DNA of 63,611 nucleotides from Planctomycetia bacterium (GCA_005776475.1 SXPB01000020.1:1-63611), one strand, 5' to 3'. Positions 52,084-60,966 are shown, counted from the stretch's first letter. Numbers and translations: made by a program. The notes: a model not told the origin generated them from the sequence alone.

Positions 52084-52710
52084 ATGCCTGCCGCCGAACG
52101 CGCCCTCGGAGTCGTCGACGATCACCATCGCTCGCGCGTGGTGCTGGTGGCGCCGCGCCCACAGATTCTCGAACTGGCCAGGGAGCCGTTGTCGGCCACC
52201 GGCCTTGCCGTCCGGCTCGGGTTGCCGCGGCAACGCGTCAACTACCACGTGCGCCAACTGGCGAAGGCGGGCTTCTTGCGGCGCGCCGGTCGCCGCCAGC
52301 GCCGTGGCCTGCAAGAGCAGTTGTGGCAGGCGACGGCGCGGGCTTTCGTGCTGACGCCGGGGCTGCTCGGCCCGGATGCCACTGCCGAACTGCAGCCGGC
52401 GGCGAATGCGGCGGCGGGGCCAGCGGCGCTGCTGTTGCTCGCCTCGCGTCTGCAGCACGAACTGGCCGCGGCCAGCCGCGCTGCCGCAACCGACGGCGCC
52501 ACGGTGCCCGTGTTCGCCATCGACGCCGACATCACGTTCGCCAGCCCCGACCAACGCGCGGCCTTCGCCGCCGCGATGTCGAAAGCGGTCGCCGAGGTCG
52601 TCGCCAGGCACTGCGAACCGACCGAGCCGGCGCGGCCAAGATCGCGCGTGCGACTCCAACGCTTTCGTCTCCTGGTTGGCTGCCACCCGATTGCCACCGT
52701 ACTCCCATGA
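52084..52710 (+). CDS. ArsR/SmtB-family winged-helix transcriptional regulator
   Basis: ATG 52084 lies in ORF 51883-52710. The wHTH is RPQILELAREPLSATGLAVRLGLPRQRVNYHVRQLAKAGFL. Confidence 0.7.
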   Translation: MPAAERALGVVDDHHRSRVVLVAPRPQILELAREPLSATGLAVRLGLPRQRVNYHVRQLAKAGFLRRAGRRQRRGLQEQLWQATARAFVLTPGLLGPDATAELQPAANAAAGPAALLLLASRLQHELAAASRAAATDGATVPVFAIDADITFASPDQRAAFAAAMSKAVAEVVARHCEPTEPARPRSRVRLQRFRLLVGCHPIATVLP

Positions 52711-53528
52711 AGAAGCACGAACACACCGGCCGTTCCATCCGTCAAGAACTCGACATCGCCGCTGCCGCGGATCGCGTCTGGAGCGCCTGGGCCGATCCGC
52801 AGCGCATCGCGCAGTGGTTCGTCGATCGCGCCACGGGCTTTGCCAGGAAGGGCGAAGTCGTGCAGTGGTACTTCGAGGCGATGAAGTTCGAGGTGCCGCA
52901 GCCGGTGCTCGAAGCCGAACCGGGCAAGAACTTCGTCACTGGCGGCGAGTACCAGGGGCGAGCGTGGCTGCTGGAAGTGGAGATGGAACATCGCGGCGGC
53001 ACGACCCGCATGCGCCTGGTCAACTCGGGATTCGGGGAAGGCCCGGAGTCCGCCGCGCAGTTCGAAGGCACCGAATCGGGTTGGTTGATGGCGACGCACA
53101 CGCTGAAGCATTGGCTCGAAGTGCACGAGGCGCACGGCGGCGCGCGCATCCATTCGCTGGTGATGCAGCCGGCCGGCCCGGGGTTCTCGTGGGAACGGCT
53201 GCTGCCGTTGTTCACGACGCCGGCCGGTTTGTCGAAGTGGCTCGGCCGCACGACCGGCCCGAGTCAACTCGCTGCCGGCAGCGCGCTCGAGATCGCCATC
53301 GAGGGCGGCGAGCGCCTGGTTGGACACGTTCTCTGCCGGTCGCGTTGCGAGGTGCTGCTGGCGTGGCCGGCGCGCGCCGCCGTGTTGTCGCTCAAGGCCT
53401 TCGCGGCGGGGCCGATGACGATGCTGGGGCTCGACGTGTCGGCGTGGGGCAAGGCGGCGGCCAGCGATGCTGCAGTTCGCGTCTGGGCGCAGCCGGCGTT
53501 GCAGCGGCTCGCCGCCGCGCTGGCCTGA
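52707..53528 (+). CDS. SRPBCC/AHSA1-like (START-fold) protein, tandem domains
   Basis: ATG 52707 overlaps the ArsR stop (ATGA). IRQELDIAAAADRVWSAWADPQRIAQWF is the typical AHSA1 N-terminus. The second half repeats the fold (LFTTPAGLSKWLG). Confidence 0.65.
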   Translation: MKKHEHTGRSIRQELDIAAAADRVWSAWADPQRIAQWFVDRATGFARKGEVVQWYFEAMKFEVPQPVLEAEPGKNFVTGGEYQGRAWLLEVEMEHRGGTTRMRLVNSGFGEGPESAAQFEGTESGWLMATHTLKHWLEVHEAHGGARIHSLVMQPAGPGFSWERLLPLFTTPAGLSKWLGRTTGPSQLAAGSALEIAIEGGERLVGHVLCRSRCEVLLAWPARAAVLSLKAFAAGPMTMLGLDVSAWGKAAASDAAVRVWAQPALQRLAAALA

Positions 53529-53588
53529 TCGGCGGCGGCAGCGGCGGGGCGGCCGCTCGACGATCGTCGCCCTCACCCGCCACGCCGA

Positions 53589-55058
53589 TCAGTAGTTGCC
53601 CAGCTTGCCGTCGATGCCGTTCGCCGTGACCGCTCCGAACGCGTTGGCGCCGGGCACGAACACCGCCGCAGTCGTGAACAGGTGGTGGTTCGCGAGGGAT
53701 GGGCTCGGCGGAATGGCGAGCAGGTAGCTGTGCGAGGCACCGGTCGGCGCCCACGGGCTCACCACTTCCAGCGACGAGCGCAGGCCGCAGCCGGGCAGAC
53801 CCAGGAATGTGAGGTCGTCAAAGCCCGGATCGGTGAAGCCGAGGATGTCGACGCCGAGCGTGCCGGTCGCGGGAACGTTGGTCACGTTGAGCGACCAGGT
53901 CGAGCCGAGGATCGGGCGCGTCGCCGCCGTGAGCGTGAGCCCAGGCGCGTCGGCGGCTGGGAGAGTGAACGACGCCGGCAGCGCTGCCGAGATGTCGATC
54001 GCGCCCACATCGATGTTCGGGCCACCCGGGGAGTAGCCGACGAGGGTCGCCCAGATGGTGTTCATGCTCTGGTAGACCATGTGCACGCGGCCGTTGCTGG
54101 TGTCGAACTGGTACTGGAACGTGTTCGCGTGTGCGGGCGAGTTGCCCAGGAAGTTCCAGACGCCATCCCAGGTCACGATGGCCTTGGCGCCGACCTGCTC
54201 GAACTTCACTCGACCGCCGGCCGGGATCGACGGGTCGAAGTCGTTCCACGTCCACCAGGCGGTTCGCATGGCGTCGAGGAATTGCTGGGGCCCGCCATTG
54301 GTGGAAGCGCCGTTGCCCACGGCAATCGACACGACGCCGTTGGAGTTGATGGTGAGAGCCGTGGTCGAGCCGCCTGGGAATGGCATCGGCGCCGCCAGCA
54401 GCACGGTGGCTTCGGAGTCGTCCCCCAACGCCAGCACGGTTGCTGCCGCGGACGGCGGCACATAGCTCGAGGTCCCGGGTTGCACCGAGTAGTTGCCGCC
54501 CGACGGGACCATCGTGATCGACGTGTAGTCGAGGTCGAAGTTCGCGCTCGAGAAGACTTCGTAGAACGACGCCGACTGGCGGATGCAGCCGTTGCCGAGA
54601 GTCGTGTTGGTGGCTGCGGTGCCGACAACCGGACCGCTGATGTTGAGCGGGAAGCTGCCGGTGGCGCCGCCGAAGCCGCCGACGCGCACGAAGTAGGTGT
54701 CGGCGACGACTGGCACCGAAACCGACGAGGCGGTGCCGCACGAGTCGTCGTTGCAGCCGAGGCTGGTGAGGCTGCCACAGATGCCTCCGAAGACCTGCAG
54801 GGTGGTGTCGAACGAGGCGCCGCAGGTGCTTGCGGTCAGCGTGCCGGGCCCGTTGGTGACGACGGTGAACCACACGTCTTTGCTGCCCGAGCCGCAGGGC
54901 CAGACCGGCGCCGAGTTCGTAGCGCCGACGTTCGTGAACGGCCCGTTGGTGCCCGGGTAGACCATCAAGGCCCCCGAGCACTCGTTGTTCTGGGCAAGCA
55001 GGGAACCCGCCAGTGCAATGCTGACGGCGAGGGAGAGAAGGCGGGTGAACGTTGTCAT
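53589..55058 (-). CDS. Secreted protein with a Cys-rich N-terminal domain, a NIDO-like middle domain and the shared C-terminal module
   Basis: ATG 55058 lies in ORF 53589-55670, with signal peptide MTTFTRLLSLAVSIALAGSLLAQ. The N-terminal domain is NNECSGAL...WPCGSGSKDVWF...STCGASFDTTLQVFGGICGSLTSLGCNDDSCG...YFVRVGGFGG. The middle domain has FYEVF..FDL...LGDDS..PFPGGST.L.INSNG...TWDGVW...FQYQF. The module is at 53592-53984. Confidence 0.6.
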   Translation of the reverse strand: MTTFTRLLSLAVSIALAGSLLAQNNECSGALMVYPGTNGPFTNVGATNSAPVWPCGSGSKDVWFTVVTNGPGTLTASTCGASFDTTLQVFGGICGSLTSLGCNDDSCGTASSVSVPVVADTYFVRVGGFGGATGSFPLNISGPVVGTAATNTTLGNGCIRQSASFYEVFSSANFDLDYTSITMVPSGGNYSVQPGTSSYVPPSAAATVLALGDDSEATVLLAAPMPFPGGSTTALTINSNGVVSIAVGNGASTNGGPQQFLDAMRTAWWTWNDFDPSIPAGGRVKFEQVGAKAIVTWDGVWNFLGNSPAHANTFQYQFDTSNGRVHMVYQSMNTIWATLVGYSPGGPNIDVGAIDISAALPASFTLPAADAPGLTLTAATRPILGSTWSLNVTNVPATGTLGVDILGFTDPGFDDLTFLGLPGCGLRSSLEVVSPWAPTGASHSYLLAIPPSPSLANHHLFTTAAVFVPGANAFGAVTANGIDGKLGNY

Positions 55059-55189
55059 GGTCCCCCGGTCATCCGGAAGCGCAGCTGCGTGTTGCACGCC
55101 GATTCGAAAACCGCGGCGAGCCCGGTGGCTGGCGCTTCCTGGGGGGCCTCGCCAGTCGAGTTGGCCGGGATGTGGCGGCGCGAGGTCGG

Positions 55190-56095
55190 CTAGCGCGCCA
55201 CGCCGAAGTCCGCCGGCCACGGCGCCTGCACTTCGATGCGTTCGCCGGTGTGCGGATCCGCGAACGCCAACCGCTGCGCATGCAGCAGGTGCCGGCCTGG
55301 TTCGAGTCCCGCGGGAATCGCCACGGGTTGCCCCATCTGGAAGCGGATGAAGCGACGTTCGTCGCCGCCGTAGAGCAGGTCGCCGAGGATCGGCAAGCCG
55401 ATGTGGGCGAGGTGCACGCGGATCTGGTGGCGGCGGCCGGTGCGTGGCCTCGCGCGCACGAGCGTGCGTTCGCCGAGGCGTTGCAGCACCTCGCAGTCGG
55501 TCACCGCCGCCGCTCCTGCAGTGGTCACCATCACCTTGTTCGGCACGCGGCTCGCGGCATCCGGGCCGAGCGGTGCATCGATCGTGAAGGTGTCGTGCGC
55601 AGGGTTGCCGTCGACGACGGCGACGTAGGTCTTCTCGATCGCGTGCGCGCGGAAGGCGAGGTCGAAGCAACGCGCCGTCGCCGCATCGTTCGTCAACAGC
55701 AAGCAGCCGCTGGTGCCGCGGTCGAGGCGGTGCGCGGGGGCGAGGCCGAGCAGCGTCGCGAGGTCGGGGCCAGGGCGGCGTGAACCCGGCGTGCTGGCGA
55801 TGCCGGCCGGCTTGTCGACGACGGTCCAGCCGGCTCCTTCGCGCAAAACAGGAATGGGCACGGGCACGCCGCCGGCTGGCTCGCGCACCGGCCGCGCCGC
55901 GATGGTGACGACTTCGCCGAGGGCAGGCCGGCGCGACGCCTTGGGCTCGGCGCCCGACGCCAGCGTCACGCGATTCTCGATCGCGTCCTGGATCGACGTG
56001 CGCGACATGCGCGGCAGCATGAGCTGCAGGAAGCGGTCGAGGCGCATGCCGCGGTAGAAGTCGGTGACGACGAAGGACTGCGCGGCGGCGGACAT
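55190..56095 (-). CDS. RluA-family 23S rRNA/tRNA pseudouridine synthase with an S4 domain
   Basis: The S4-like region is MRLDRFLQLMLPRMSRTSIQDAIENRVTL. The catalytic motif is HRLDRGTSGCLLL. VVDKPAGI and HQIRVHLA are present. Confidence 0.8.
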   Translation of the reverse strand: MSAAAQSFVVTDFYRGMRLDRFLQLMLPRMSRTSIQDAIENRVTLASGAEPKASRRPALGEVVTIAARPVREPAGGVPVPIPVLREGAGWTVVDKPAGIASTPGSRRPGPDLATLLGLAPAHRLDRGTSGCLLLTNDAATARCFDLAFRAHAIEKTYVAVVDGNPAHDTFTIDAPLGPDAASRVPNKVMVTTAGAAAVTDCEVLQRLGERTLVRARPRTGRRHQIRVHLAHIGLPILGDLLYGGDERRFIRFQMGQPVAIPAGLEPGRHLLHAQRLAFADPHTGERIEVQAPWPADFGVAR

Positions 56096-56207
56096 GGAGC
56101 GCGGGCAGCTTGCCCTTCGGCGGCGTTCGGCGCCAGCCGGACGCGGCGTCCCGGCGATCTTCGCCGCGCGGACCGGCGAGTTGCGGCGTGCCGTCGCTGC
56201 GCGCCGA

Positions 56208-56963
56208 TCACTTCGGCTTGCTGTCGCCGGCAGGCTTCTGCTTGCCGAGCGCGTCTTCGAGCGCCTTCACGCGACGTTCGAGCGCCGGCACGCGCTCATC
56301 GACCATGCCCGGCATGCCCATGCCGTCCATGCCGCCGGGCACGTCGCACTTGCGCAGCATCCGGATCGCTTGCGCCACCTGGTCTTGCAAGCCGGAGATG
56401 AGCATCGCCTTGCTCGAGCCGACGTTGCCGATCGTCAGCGTGCTGCTGCCCGGTTGCCCGGTGCTGGCGAAGAACGGCCGCAGCGCGTTGCTGGCGATCG
56501 TCGCGTTGATGTGTTCGAGCGGCACCACGGTCGTCACGGCGAGTTTGAGGTTCGGCCGCAGCAGCACGGTCTCGGGCGAGCATTCGATGGCGCGGCTTGC
56601 GACTTCGCGGCCGCGCGGGCCGTGCAGCCCGATCACTTCGAGCATCGTGCCTTTCTCGTCCATGCGCGTGAGCGCCAGACCGTTGCGATAGAGCATGTTG
56701 GCGAGGAACTCCTCGCAGCCGTCGCGGTCGGTGCTGATGCCCTTCTGCAGCCGCACAGCGTTCTGCGTGGACAACTCCTGCGGCGACACCAGGATGTTGC
56801 AGTCGAGGTAGGCGGCGCTGCGGTCGATCAGGTCGGTCAGCGAGAGTTCGCCGGCGGCAACCACGAACGGCTCCTTGGGCGGCGCCTTGGCTGGCGTCTG
56901 GGCTATGCACGATGGCAAGGCGGTGAACAGGGCGAACGAGAGCAGGAGCGTGGCGGTCTTCAT
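56208..56963 (-). CDS. Stand-alone secretin N-domain (GspD N0/N1-like) protein with a C-terminal coiled coil
   Basis: The signal or lipoprotein-like sequence is MKTATLLLSFALFTALPSC. The N0-like region is LSLTDLIDRSAAYLDCNILV...FLANMLYRNGLAL. The N1-like region is VTTVVPLEHINATIASNALRPFF...MLISGLQDQVAQAIRMLRKCD. No secretin beta-barrel follows. Confidence 0.45.
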   Translation of the reverse strand: MKTATLLLSFALFTALPSCIAQTPAKAPPKEPFVVAAGELSLTDLIDRSAAYLDCNILVSPQELSTQNAVRLQKGISTDRDGCEEFLANMLYRNGLALTRMDEKGTMLEVIGLHGPRGREVASRAIECSPETVLLRPNLKLAVTTVVPLEHINATIASNALRPFFASTGQPGSSTLTIGNVGSSKAMLISGLQDQVAQAIRMLRKCDVPGGMDGMGMPGMVDERVPALERRVKALEDALGKQKPAGDSKPK

Positions 56964-57032
56964 GGGTTCCTCGACCCGTCGGACGGGCCGTGCCCGGGGC
57001 TTCTTCCCCGCCGGTTGCGGTCGCGCGTTCGC

Positions 57033-57287
57033 TCAGGTCCGAGGTTCGTCGCGTTGCGTGCGCGCCAGCGTCCGCAGGTAGAGCTGCTCGACCTTGGCGC
57101 GGGCCCACGGCACCCGCCGCAAGAACTTCAGCGACGACGTCAGGCTCGGTTCGAAATGGAAGCAGCGCACGTCGACCGCGCGCCCCATCGCTTCGAAGCC
57201 GAGCCGGTCGATCAGGAACTCGAGGATCGCCTGCAGGGTGACGCCGTGCAGCGGGTTGTTCGGTTGCTGGACCAAGTGGGCGAGCAT
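57033..57287 (-). CDS. DUF2132 (VF530-like) small protein
   Basis: 84 aa. Motifs are NPLHGVTLQAILEFLIDRLGFEAMGRAVDVRCF and SLKFLRRVPWARAKVEQLY. Confidence 0.6.
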   Translation of the reverse strand: MLAHLVQQPNNPLHGVTLQAILEFLIDRLGFEAMGRAVDVRCFHFEPSLTSSLKFLRRVPWARAKVEQLYLRTLARTQRDEPRT

Positions 57288-57317
57288 GCTACGCGCCGGG
57301 CGCGCCGGCGCGGCACG

Positions 57318-59228
57318 TCAGGGGCAGATCACCAGGTCGACGCCGTTACTCAACGTGAACGGCACGTCGAACAGGCCCTGGAAGACGACGCGCAGGCCGA
57401 CCAGCGGCGGTGCCACCGGAATCGGGATCGGCAAGATGCCGGTGCCGGCGGCGTCGGTGCCGATCGGCACCAGCGTCACCAGGAGGCCCGGATCGACGAC
57501 CAGGATGCCTTGCGGGTAGGTGATGCTGGCGCGCGCCAGCGACAGCGCCAGCAAGCCCGTCGTCGACGGGCCCGCCTGGCTCCACGTGAACGTCGCCGTG
57601 CCGCCGGCCGACGTCGTGCCCGTGGCCGCGAGCAGCGACGAGTTGCCGCCGCCGAGGCCGAGCGCGTACTGCTGCAGGCCGCACACGGTGACGTTCTGCT
57701 GTGCCGACGTCGTGGCGTTGCCGCGCAGGTCGGTTGCGGTCAACGAGAACGACAGCGTGGAGCCGTTCATCACGACGGCCGGGGGCGGCGTGAAGTCGGC
57801 GCGATAGAACAGGCCGCCGCGGAACGTCAGCGGCGTGCTGCCGGTGGTGACGCCGGCGAGGTGCGTGATCGACCAGTTCATCACCACCGAAGCAACCGAC
57901 GTTTCGCCGTCGTCGACCGCCGAATCCTGCACCACGGCGCGCACCACGAACGGGCCGTTCGGATTCGTCGACACCGCCGGCAGCTGCTCGATGCGCACGA
58001 AGCGCGGCGGCTGCGTGTCGGCGGGGCCGGTGCCGTAGTAGGCGCGGTTCAGGAACGAACCCGACTCGCCCTGTGCGGTCACCATGTCGAACACGCCGTC
58101 GTTGTTGAGGTCGCCGACCGCGACGTCGAGTGTGCTGTCCACCAGCGGCGAGAAGCCGGCCGTGCCGGTTTGCCGCGCGAACGAGAACGCGCCGTTGTTG
58201 ACGTAGAGCTTGTCGCCGTTGCTCTGCAGCGAGCCGTTGACGATGTCGAGCCAGCCGTCGTTGTTGGAGTCGACGAACACCCATTCGTTGTCGTCGTCGC
58301 CGTTGCCGCCGGTCAGCGCCGTGGTCAACGACGTGAACGACAGCGTGCCCGACGGCACCAGGTTGTTGCGCAGCACGGTGTCGGTGAGGCCCGACACCGA
58401 CAGCATCGTCATGTCGAGGTCGCCGTCGTGGTCGAGGTCGGCGGCTTCGCCTTCGTAGGTGAGGCCGGTGCCGGCCGGCAGCAGTGCCGTGGTGAAGGTC
58501 AGGAAGTGGCCGGTGCCGTCATTGAAGAAGATCTGCTGGCCCGACGACTTGCCGAAGTTGATCACGTCGAGGTCCCAGTCGTTGTCGATGTCGCACAGGA
58601 CGACGTCCTGCTGGTTCGACTTCGGCGCCACGGCGACGCGCGTCGCGGTGGCGTTGGTGAACACGCCCGCCCCGTTGTTCATGAACAACTTGAGCTGGCC
58701 GCTGGCCAGTTCGTCGTTGAGGAACAGGTCGTAGTCGCCGTCCTGGTCGACGTCGCCATAGGCGCAACCGGCCACGGCGATGTTGAGCGCGCCCAGCCGC
58801 GCCACCGACTCGTCGGTGAACACGCCGGCGCCGTTGTTGACGTAGACACGCTGCTGGCTCGGGCCGTTGCACGAGAACACCAGGTCCTTGTCGCCGTCGC
58901 CTTCGATGTCGAAGGCGATCACCAGCGTGCCCTTGATCGCGAGCGTCGGCAGGCGCGTCGCGGTTTCGTCGACGAGGCCGAGGCTCTGGTTGATCTTGTT
59001 GATCAGGATCGTCGGTTGGATCGCCGAGCCCGAGGTCGACAGCACGTAGCCGTTCGCGAACACGACGTCGAGGTCGGTGTCGCCATCGACGTCGACGAGG
59101 ACGCAGCCTTCGGACATCACCGTCGGGCCGGTCACGAGACCGACTTGTTGGGTGTAGCGGTATTGCGCCGGCAACGCGGCCAGCAGCACGAGCGGGGAGA
59201 GGGAGGCGAGCAGCGACGTGATCTTCAC
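57318..59228 (-). CDS. Secreted FG-GAP/VCBS repeat (integrin-alpha-like beta-propeller) protein with the shared C-terminal module
   Basis: The signal peptide is MKITSLLASLSPLVLLAALPAQ. Seven Ca-binding-like loops are present: DVDGDTDLD, DIEGDGDKD, DVDQDGDYD, DIDNDWDLD, DLDHDGDLD, DSNNDGWLD and DLNNDGVFD. The module is at 57321-57689. Confidence 0.75.
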   Translation of the reverse strand: MKITSLLASLSPLVLLAALPAQYRYTQQVGLVTGPTVMSEGCVLVDVDGDTDLDVVFANGYVLSTSGSAIQPTILINKINQSLGLVDETATRLPTLAIKGTLVIAFDIEGDGDKDLVFSCNGPSQQRVYVNNGAGVFTDESVARLGALNIAVAGCAYGDVDQDGDYDLFLNDELASGQLKLFMNNGAGVFTNATATRVAVAPKSNQQDVVLCDIDNDWDLDVINFGKSSGQQIFFNDGTGHFLTFTTALLPAGTGLTYEGEAADLDHDGDLDMTMLSVSGLTDTVLRNNLVPSGTLSFTSLTTALTGGNGDDDNEWVFVDSNNDGWLDIVNGSLQSNGDKLYVNNGAFSFARQTGTAGFSPLVDSTLDVAVGDLNNDGVFDMVTAQGESGSFLNRAYYGTGPADTQPPRFVRIEQLPAVSTNPNGPFVVRAVVQDSAVDDGETSVASVVMNWSITHLAGVTTGSTPLTFRGGLFYRADFTPPPAVVMNGSTLSFSLTATDLRGNATTSAQQNVTVCGLQQYALGLGGGNSSLLAATGTTSAGGTATFTWSQAGPSTTGLLALSLARASITYPQGILVVDPGLLVTLVPIGTDAAGTGILPIPIPVAPPLVGLRVVFQGLFDVPFTLSNGVDLVICP

Positions 59229-59487
59229 GCAGGGTCCTGGACCGGAGCGGCGGGGGAGGCGAGTGGGGTGCTTCCGGGGGCGCGCAGTCTATCGAGCCCG
59301 CGGCGGCGCGGTGGGCTTCGTTGCCGTTCCCGCGCGGCATTGCGGTCGATCGCGCGACGTGCGGCCAGGGCAAGGCCCGGTGCTGTGGGCGACGAACCCG
59401 CCGCCGATGACGTGCTCCTGGCAGAATGGTGAAGGCCCGCCCGCCGGGAATGCGTTCACTACACCGTCCACGCCTCTGTCCCATGTC

Positions 59488-59757
59488 ATGCGACGCTTCC
59501 TCCCGCTCGCCGGTCGGTGGTTCGCCACCACGGTTCCGGCCCAGAATCTGGTCGCCAACCTGATCGCCACCTCGCCGGCGCAGGCGGGCAGCAACGTGCC
59601 GGCGTTCCACGGGCTCGGCAGCAAGGCCGTGTTCCGCGCCACGAGTGGCCACGGCACCCCGGCATGGGGCACCGACGGCCAGTTCGGCGGCACCGCGATC
59701 CTGCGCGACCTGATGCCGGATGGCAGCAGCTGGGTGGACGATTTCGCCGTGCTCGGC
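59488..59757 (+). pseudogene. Fragment of an ELWxxDG-repeat secreted protein (signal peptide plus one repeat)
   Basis: ATG 59488 lies in ORF 59218-59997. MRRFLPLAGRWFATTVPAQ is signal-like. KAVFRATSGHGTPAWGTDGQFGGTAILRDLMPDGSSWVDDFAVLG resembles one ELW.(S/T)DGT..GT repeat. After about 59757 the frame loses similarity and runs antisense through the DUF4177 gene. Confidence 0.35.
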
Positions 59758-59781
59758 CCGGTCCACGCGCGGCGTCCGGCG

Positions 59782-59982
59782 TCAGCGCGGCCGCTTGAAC
59801 ACCGCGATCACCAACCGCGTCGCCCCTTGTGTGGTGTTGGTGTCGAAGACGTTGACGAGTTCCCAGCCGTCGCGACCGAGTTCGTTCAGCGCGGCGTCGA
59901 ACGTGGTGCTGTCGACCTTGCCACCCAGCCATCCGTGCGAAGGGATCTGGACGCTCGTGTATTCCCAAATGGTCTTCATCAT
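59782..59982 (-). CDS. DUF4177 small protein
   Basis: ATG 59982 lies in ORF 59782-60360 and gives 66 aa: MMKTIWEYTSVQIPSHGWLGGKVDSTTFDAALNELGRDGWELVNVF...RLVIAVFKRPR. Confidence 0.55.
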   Translation of the reverse strand: MMKTIWEYTSVQIPSHGWLGGKVDSTTFDAALNELGRDGWELVNVFDTNTTQGATRLVIAVFKRPR

Positions 59983-60097
59983 CGCTCCTGGGCGTAGGCC
60001 CGCCGCCAGCATGGGTGGTCGCAGGGACTGGCGAAAGGGGCAGCCGCGTGTTGTCCGCAACGTTGACGACGTGCAAACGGCCACGGATCGTGCTGCG

Positions 60098-60655
60098 ATG
60101 CTCGTCATGTGCCACTGGCCACTGCTCGTCGCCGTCGCCTTGACGGCAGCATGCACATCGCCGCCGGCGCCCGATGTCGGCGAACTCGGCAGCCGCGTGC
60201 GCGTGCGCATCGTGAGCCGCGGCGAGATCCCGAGCATCACCACGGCGCGGTATCGCCTTCTCGTGGGTATCCGTGGGCCCGACGGGCGTGTCGAGGGTTT
60301 CGGTGTCAGCGCGCCGGAGTATGCAGAGAGCGAATCCATCGGAGGGGCGCTGGCGATCAAGTTCGTGTCGGTGCTGGAGCTGCCGGATCTGGAGTCCCCC
60401 GAGTCGCTGCACGGTGAGCCTGAACTCGTGCACGACTTCGTGCTGCCGAAGGGCTACGCGCTCGACTTCACGCCGGGCCGCTTCTTCGCCTACCGGGTCA
60501 TCGGGGACGACAGGCTGGTCGCCGATCTCGCGCCGGAGATCCGCATCGGGCAGATCACCGCTGACGGCAGTCGTTACCTGGAACTGACTCCGACTGCCGG
60601 TCCCGACCGGGGTGAGAGCGACGATCCTCCGGGATGGCCGCCGAGCGAACGATGA
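60098..60655 (+). CDS. Lipoprotein, unknown family
   Basis: ATG 60098 lies in ORF 59720-60655. The lipobox is LVAVALTAAC. The remaining 165 aa match no family I recognise. Confidence 0.5.
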   Translation: MLVMCHWPLLVAVALTAACTSPPAPDVGELGSRVRVRIVSRGEIPSITTARYRLLVGIRGPDGRVEGFGVSAPEYAESESIGGALAIKFVSVLELPDLESPESLHGEPELVHDFVLPKGYALDFTPGRFFAYRVIGDDRLVADLAPEIRIGQITADGSRYLELTPTAGPDRGESDDPPGWPPSER

Positions 60656-60966
60656 GCGCCGCATCGCCGTGGTGGCTCTACCTGGTGCGCACCCGCACCG
60701 GATCGCTCTACACGGGCATCGCCCTCGACGTGCAGGCGCGCTTCGCTGCGCATGCGGCAGGCGCAGGCGCCAAGGCTCTGCGTGGGCGCGGGCCGCTGCA
60801 GCTGGTGTTTTCGACGCGGGTGGGTGCGCGCGGCGCGGCGCTTCGGCTCGAAGCGCGCGTCAAACGGTTGCCGAAGGCGGCGAAGGAACTGCTGCCCTCT
60901 GCGGGGTTGCCGAAGGGTTGGGTGCGCGCAGCGCGGGTGGCAACGGGGTCGCGGAGGGCGCAATGA
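60652..60966 (+). CDS. GIY-YIG nuclease-superfamily small protein (UPF0213/YhbQ-like)
   Basis: ATG 60652 overlaps the lipoprotein stop (ATGA). Motifs are WWLYLVRTRTGSLYTGIALDVQARFAAH and GAKALRGRGPLQLVF...ALRLEARVKRL. Confidence 0.65.
   Translation: MSAASPWWLYLVRTRTGSLYTGIALDVQARFAAHAAGAGAKALRGRGPLQLVFSTRVGARGAALRLEARVKRLPKAAKELLPSAGLPKGWVRAARVATGSRRAQ

Noticed and set aside
55299-55309. GGTTCGAGTCC, a tRNA T-loop-like string
   Set aside because: The flanks cannot form a T-stem (CCTGG versus CCCGC) or an acceptor stem. The string lies inside the well-supported RluA-family CDS.
56064-59432. 1122-aa plus-strand ORF, the longest of many large ORFs in the track
   Set aside because: It is antisense to four well-supported minus-strand genes (RluA, secretin-N-like, DUF2132, FG-GAP). 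The translation is a low-complexity Arg/Ala/Gly/Asp/His/Gln run with no motif. This is the typical shadow ORF of a ~70% GC genome, where stops are rare.
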